Assembly: GCA_963700285.1 (NCBI GenBank)
Contig: CAVOXA010000014.1
Span: 224,001 to 288,000 of the forward strand
Reading direction: 5' to 3'
DNA from: an uncultured Chloroflexia bacterium
GTDB lineage: Bacteria > Chloroflexota > Anaerolineae > JAAYZQ01
DNA length: 64,000 bases
Below the pieces are notes generated by a model, which had not been told where the DNA came from, ran no database searches, and saw only the letters and a program-made list of their open reading frames with translations. Position 1 is the stretch's first letter. Each line of letters opens with the position of its first letter. This document shows positions 59,750 through 64,000 of this stretch, one piece after another. The translations under genes were made by a program, and so were the position numbers.

Positions 59750-59798
59750 TGCAGCTACCAGGTAGCTACATCATGGCCCTGAACAAACATGATGTCAA
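59750..59798 (-). promoter_or_regulatory. Antitoxin promoter and palindromic operator
   Basis: TTGACA-17-CATGAT (minus), and TGCAGCTACC-A-GGTAGCTACA at 59750-59770. Confidence 0.65.
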
Positions 59799-59904
59799 GT
59801 AAGAGCAGGCGCGATTCGGACACTGGCAGTAGATTCACGAGAAACGCCGATACAGCAGGCCCTTGGGTTCATCTCTTCAAGCCCAGCTGCTCCCTTGGAC
59901 TGCT

Positions 59905-59962
59905 ACCTGTACGAATGTACAGACAGGAACCTGTACGAATGTACAGACAAGAACCTGTACGA
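59905..59962. repeat. 2.4 tandem copies of a 24-bp unit containing the palindrome CTGTAC-GAAT-GTACAG
   Basis: ACCTGTACGAATGTACAGACAGGA / ACCTGTACGAATGTACAGACAAGA / ACCTGTACGA. Confidence 0.85.
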
Positions 59963-59969
59963 TAGCATG

Positions 59970-59998
59970 TTGCGCAGAACGCAGATCTGTGCTATAGT
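59970..59998 (+). promoter_or_regulatory. Sigma70-type promoter adjacent to the palindrome array
   Basis: TTGCGC-17-TATAGT with an extended TG. Confidence 0.6.
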
Positions 59999-60213
59999 GG
60001 TGACCGCGTTGTGCAAAGCACAAACTGATACACACGCGAATGGCGGCAAGCAAGAACAGGACTCGGACGCCGGACAACCCTGCAACGTACTGTCAGCGCC
60101 AGCGTACAGCACCCGGCAACCCGTCTGGCAGCGCTCAAGTGGCCGCATAGGCCACGTTCAACTGGCAGCGTATCCGAGTTGGACCGGCAGCGTTAAAACA
60201 AAGATAGGTTTGC

Positions 60214-60625
60214 ACGCATCCCTGGGCAGGCAGTCCTGGGATCGGATCAATACGACGTAGTATCAATTCGTGTGAGGAGGAGTCCATGCTATTAGGGTGT
60301 GGTTGTCTCTTGGCCATGGGCGCGGCCTTTGCGCCGCGGCTCGTGTTGATTTTCATGTGGATTTTCGGCTGGCGGGTTTCGGCCGCGTTCGATACCTGGA
60401 TCTGGCCGCTACTCGGTCTCATCTTTTTGCCCTACACCACCATCATGTGGGTCCTGGTCTGGACCCCAGTCACGGGAGTCGTCGGCTGGGACTGGCTCTG
60501 GATCGCCCTGGGCGTAATGCTCGACATCATGAAGTGGGGCCAGATCGCAAGCAACCGCAAACAAATACCATACTACCCGGAAGGCGCTTACTAATACGCT
60601 CAGGACTGCCTGCCCAAGGATGCGT
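60214..60625. repeat. 25-bp inverted repeats (60214-60238 and 60601-60625) enclosing one gene
   Basis: Left ACGCATCCCTGGGCAGGCAGTCCTG; right CAGGACTGCCTGCCCAAGGATGCGT; 24/25 complementary. Confidence 0.85.
60286..60594 (+). CDS. Small Trp-rich membrane protein
   Basis: RBS GAGGAGG; three hydrophobic helices; PRL..W...PLLGLIFLPYT...GWDWLW..LG..LD. Confidence 0.8.
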   Translation: MLLGCGCLLAMGAAFAPRLVLIFMWIFGWRVSAAFDTWIWPLLGLIFLPYTTIMWVLVWTPVTGVVGWDWLWIALGVMLDIMKWGQIASNRKQIPYYPEGAY

Positions 60626-60700
60626 ATACTGTGCGACCTCATAGATGTTTCTGCTGCGATTGACCAGTACCGGACCAGCGCTAGTGCGTGCTTCCTCCGC

Positions 60701-60730
60701 TTGACAGGAACCCACACTCTATGTTATAGT
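60701..60730 (+). promoter_or_regulatory. Sigma70-type promoter for the second membrane-protein gene
   Basis: TTGACA-18-TATAGT with an extended TG. Confidence 0.6.
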
Positions 60731-60770
60731 ATAGCGGGAGTATTCCCAAACTCACACAAGGAGGAGCAAC

Positions 60771-61052
60771 ATGTGCTGTGTCTTCACGATTCTGCTTTTC
60801 TTCGGACCTCGTCTGGGCAGCCTGGTCTGGTGGTTGTTCCAGCCCTCTCGTTTTACGCTGGCTTTCGGCGGGAATTGGTTCCTGCCCATTCTGGCCCTGA
60901 TCTTCCTGCCGTGGACGCTGCTGATGTACCTCATCGTCTTCCCAGGCGGCATTGTCGGCTTTGATTGGCTCTGGCTTGGTCTGGGTCTCCTGGCCGACAT
61001 AGCCTCCTATGCTGGCGGTGGCTATGGAAACCGCGACCGACTGACGGGCTAG
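60771..61052 (+). CDS. Small membrane protein, paralog of 60286-60594
   Basis: RBS AAGGAGGAG; MCC...GPRL..WW...PILALIFLPWT...GFDWLWLGLG..AD. Confidence 0.8.
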   Translation: MCCVFTILLFFGPRLGSLVWWLFQPSRFTLAFGGNWFLPILALIFLPWTLLMYLIVFPGGIVGFDWLWLGLGLLADIASYAGGGYGNRDRLTG

Positions 61053-61240
61053 GTCGAGAGCAGGTACCGCACAACTAGCCGTAGTGAGGAGTCCAGGCCC
61101 ATCGCCTGGGCTCCTTGTTCGACCGTCCGAGCTTCTGCAGGCTGCGGGACGGTCTGATGCTGTCCGCGAATCGGTAAGAGTGAACGGAACACAACAACAG
61201 ACCTTATACGTTGAGGCCCCAAAGGGGCCGGGAGGAATGC

Positions 61241-61987
61241 ATGACAGAAGTTACGGTAGGCACCCAGGTCAAGACCAGCGACGGACATGATATCGGCGCT
61301 GTCAGGGAGTTGGCTGCGGACGAGCACTTTGTCCTACAGCATGGCAAGGATTGGGAATTGAAACTTCCCACCTCGGCAGTGGATCGGATTGAGGGCGACA
61401 CAGTCTATCTCGCGCTTGACAAAGAGGCGTTCGAAAAACTGCCCACCATCCCGCTGGCGAAAGAAGCCAAGCACGGAATGGAACAGGAGCAGATCGAACT
61501 GGTAGTCCGGGTCTTTGACAACCCGAACAAGGCAGCCGAAGCGCTAGAGTTCGTGGAGGACCTGCGCAGTCGCAAGGTGCTCAAGGTGCTCAACGCCGCC
61601 GTGTTGGTCAAGGACAAGGACGGCAAGTTCTCCATCGACGACGTTAAGGAGTTCGAAGCCAAGAAGGGTCGATTATGGGGCGCCGTCACCGGCGGCCTGG
61701 TGGGGCTGGTCGCCGGCCCGGCGGGCGTCGTCGTCGGCGCGCTGGCAGGGCTTGGCCTCGGAGGCCTGGCCGGCAGCAAGATCGATGCCGGCTTTAGCAA
61801 CAAGTTCCTGGAGAACCTCGATCAGTACCTGCAACCGGGCAGCTCGGCCCTCATCCTGCTTATGGAGCACCACTGGGCCCGGAGCGCCGCGGAATCAATG
61901 AACGACCTGGGGGGCGTGGTCTTTCAGGAGACGCTCACCGATAGGCTCGTCAAGGACCTGACAGAAGCGGCAGGCAAAGAGGGATAG
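61241..61987 (+). CDS. DUF1269-family protein with an N-terminal PRC-barrel-like domain
   Basis: VGTQVKTSDGHDIGAV..VDRIEGDTVYL; NAAVLVKDKDGK, Gly-zipper GAVTGGLVGLVAGP, LQPGSSAL. Confidence 0.8.
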   Translation: MTEVTVGTQVKTSDGHDIGAVRELAADEHFVLQHGKDWELKLPTSAVDRIEGDTVYLALDKEAFEKLPTIPLAKEAKHGMEQEQIELVVRVFDNPNKAAEALEFVEDLRSRKVLKVLNAAVLVKDKDGKFSIDDVKEFEAKKGRLWGAVTGGLVGLVAGPAGVVVGALAGLGLGGLAGSKIDAGFSNKFLENLDQYLQPGSSALILLMEHHWARSAAESMNDLGGVVFQETLTDRLVKDLTEAAGKEG

Positions 61988-62384
61988 ATAGGGCCAGCAC
62001 AGACCGTGCCTCGAGCGACAAGTGCTTTGATTGCGCCCAAGCTGGACCGTTCGAGGCGCTACTGAATCATCATTGACATGCCTGCCACGCCGGAAGCTAG
62101 GCGCGGCAGGTTTGCGTTCAGGATGGGCAAGTCTGGATGGCCCTCACTGCACTATCTCCTCCTCGTGGGGGCAGACCAACCACCTTGTGCCCGAATGGTG
62201 CCATCTCCGGCCAATCGGGATTGCCCTGCCTCGCTTCTGGCCTGGCCCCTCGGTCCGTGCGGGACCGCGGCGCATGTGTACCCCGTCAGGACCAGCATCG
62301 CATCCTGGATCAGGCCGATCCTGGGGCGATAGGTCTTGAATTCCTGTTCCGGAAAATCAAGCGAGGTGCCCTCCTAGGTCTTCA

Positions 62385-62545
62385 GGCAGTGGCGACAATC
62401 TGGCCATCCTGACACTCCTCCGGATACTCGCCCAGGTGCAAAACGTTGCCGTCGTTTTCCTAGACGTAAAAGGCAATCTCGGCCTCTACCAGTTCCTCAT
62501 CGGCATAGTCCTCGATCCAGGCCACCACCGCCGGCGCCTCTCTGC
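62385..62545 (-). pseudogene. Degenerate partial duplicate of the upstream lipoprotein domain
   Basis: AVVAWIEDYADEELVEAEIAFYV*ENDGNVLHLGEYPEECQDG aligns with SVVAYIVDYSNNQAIEKEIAFYAQDDEGKVWYLGEYPEEYENG; in-frame TAG. Confidence 0.65.
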
Positions 62546-62557
62546 CGGTAGACGCTT

Positions 62558-63508
62558 CTACGGGACCTCGAGCGGTGGCGTTTGATCGTATACTTCCTTG
62601 CTGATCTCGTAGGCACGCTTCTCTTGCTCCAGCGCCTCGGCGCGGACCTCCGCCAGGGCCTCTGGACTGAGCTCGGTTCAGCTCGACCAGTTCTAGCGTC
62701 TCTTTGGTTGGCATCGGCCCCCCTCCAGCCAACTCGAACCTCGCCCACGCCACGGCGCATAATACTTGAGCTGGAAGGCATCCGTCTCCTCCAGGCTGGA
62801 CTCGGCAATCACCAGAACGTCCTGGTAGCAGTCGACCGGGACACAGGTCTCCTGGCCCATCTGGTCCACCCGCCCGCGGTCCGTCCAGTTGACCGCCGGT
62901 CCCCACCCCTGGGAGTAACTGGGCGTCCCTTCCTGGGGCTCCGCCTGCATCTTGATCCCCGCTTTGGCCCCTTTGAAGCCGGCGATCCAGGCGGGGGCGT
63001 TGACAAAGCGCCCGTTCTCATATTCCTCCGGATACTCGCCCAGATACCATACCTTGCCTTCGTCGTCCTGGGCATAGAAGGCGATCTCTTTCTCTATCGC
63101 CTGGTTGTTGCTGTAGTCGACGATATAAGCCACCACGCTTCGCACACCGTCGATCATCTTGGTCAGGTCGGTGACAGTGAAGACGATGCGATGGGGAATG
63201 ATCAAACCACCCTCTTCGGTGGAGCCTTCATAGATCCACTGCGTCCCCGGTACCATAGGCAGCCATGGATTGTCGATGGTGGTCGGATCATCGAAATCGC
63301 CGGGGTTCAGCTCCTCGAGCTGGCTCGCGGTGTCGATGGTCGGTTCGGGGCTAGGCTCGCTCTCGACGGTCGGTGAAGGCGGCACCGTCGGCGCCAGGGT
63401 AGGGTTGGCTCCGGTGGGCGCGGCCGGGCTGGGCGCAGTGCCGCAACCTACAGCTACGATCAGGAGCAGTGAGACAAGTGCCAGTACGATGAGATGGAGT
63501 CGGCTCAT
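62558..63508 (-). CDS. Putative lipoprotein of unknown function (frameshifts in the 62670-62760 region)
   Basis: Lipobox AVGC, Pro/Thr linker, IDNPWLPMVPGT, FYAQDDEGKVWYLGE, KYYA.GVGEV; corrected end EISKEVYDQTPPLEVP*. Confidence 0.7.
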
Positions 63509-63603
63509 ACTAACTTCCTTTTCTGTCGTGTTAATATCTCGATGCGAGGAGCAGACCGTGTGCTCCGGCAAGCTCCAGATAGATCTTTCGGCTGCTTAAA
63601 CAC

Positions 63604-63630
63604 AGGGGGCAGGTCTAGGACCTGCCCCCT
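63604..63630. repeat. REP-like hairpin / possible terminator after the RND gene
   Basis: AGGGGGCAGGTC-TAG-GACCTGCCCCCT perfect 12-bp stem. Confidence 0.55.
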
Positions 63631-63644
63631 CGGGCACCTTGATC

Positions 63645-64000
63645 CTACAAGGCGGCACTGCTGGCGATGGGCTCGGAAGATGGCCGCCATGCTTTCTTTT
63701 TCCCAAAGCGCAGGTACAGTGTGGGTACAACGAGCAGGTTCAGCAGCGTCGAGGTGAACAGGCCGCCCAGGATCACGATGGCCATCGGGTACTCGATCTC
63801 CTGGCCGGGAATATTGCCCGTGAACACCAGGGGCACGAGGGCCAATCCGGTGGTCAGCGCTGTCATCATGATCGGTGCGATCCGTTCGCGCGCCCCGCGC
63901 ATGACGAGCGCCGGGCCAAAGGTCTCCCCTTCCGCCTCTTCCAGATGCTGGAAGTGGCTGATCATCATGATCCCGTTGCGGGTGGCGATGCCCAGGATGG
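63645..64000 (-). CDS. RND efflux permease (CusA/CzcA-like), C-terminal part only
   Basis: [51 protein letters not shown]. Confidence 0.9.
   Translation of the reverse strand, partial: ILGIATRNGIMMISHFQHLEEAEGETFGPALVMRGARERIAPIMMTALTTGLALVPLVFTGNIPGQEIEYPMAIVILGGLFTSTLLNLLVVPTLYLRFGKKKAWRPSSEPIASSAAL

Noticed and set aside
59905-59962. Possible CRISPR repeats
   Set aside because: The units are directly adjacent with no unique spacers, so this is a tandem repeat or operator array.
62460-62462. In-frame TAG as possible pyrrolysine or readthrough
   Set aside because: It replaces a Gln codon (CAG to TAG) in an otherwise decayed duplicate, and there are no pyl genes in the window.

Overview
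High-GC bacterial DNA, most likely Chloroflexota/Anaerolineae. This is inferred from a C-terminal YLPxV-type motif, REP-like hairpins and the lipoprotein style. No rRNA, tRNA, CRISPR array, transposase or integrase was recognised. Layout: (1) 1-4.4 kb: HhH-repeat protein, Ig-repeat/LysM surface protein and a sulfatase. (2) 4.7-25.1 kb: an all-minus-strand redox/metal/Fe-S island. It encodes a CoA-disulfide-reductase-like flavoprotein, USP, a single-domain receiver, radical SAM, MBL hydrolase, MFS, IscU-like, CGGC, DUF364, ferredoxins, CooT, DUF59, two MinD-ferredoxin ATPases, CDF-NifX, two NifB/NifX proteins, DUF5320, PadR and a NarL-type two-component system. Four island promoters share the same ~36-bp motif overlapping the -35 box. 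(3) 25-36.7 kb: peptidases, thyA, a deaminase, an orphan antitoxin and an NHL protein. (4) 36.9-59.3 kb: a large sugar/sugar-acid catabolic region. It includes UxaA, a LacI repressor fused to a degenerate UroD/MtaA-like domain behind four tandem operators, an ABC transporter, an FGGY kinase, an AKR-lactonase-dehydrogenase triad, a second UroD-like gene and fucI. (5) 59.3-64 kb: a second orphan antitoxin with an internally deleted toxin, a palindrome array plus promoter, a small membrane-protein gene enclosed by 25-bp inverted repeats and followed by its paralog, DUF1269, a lipoprotein and the end of an RND permease. Many genes carry single-base indels, mostly in homopolymers, that look like long-read errors. 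All family assignments come from motif recognition by eye, not from database searches.
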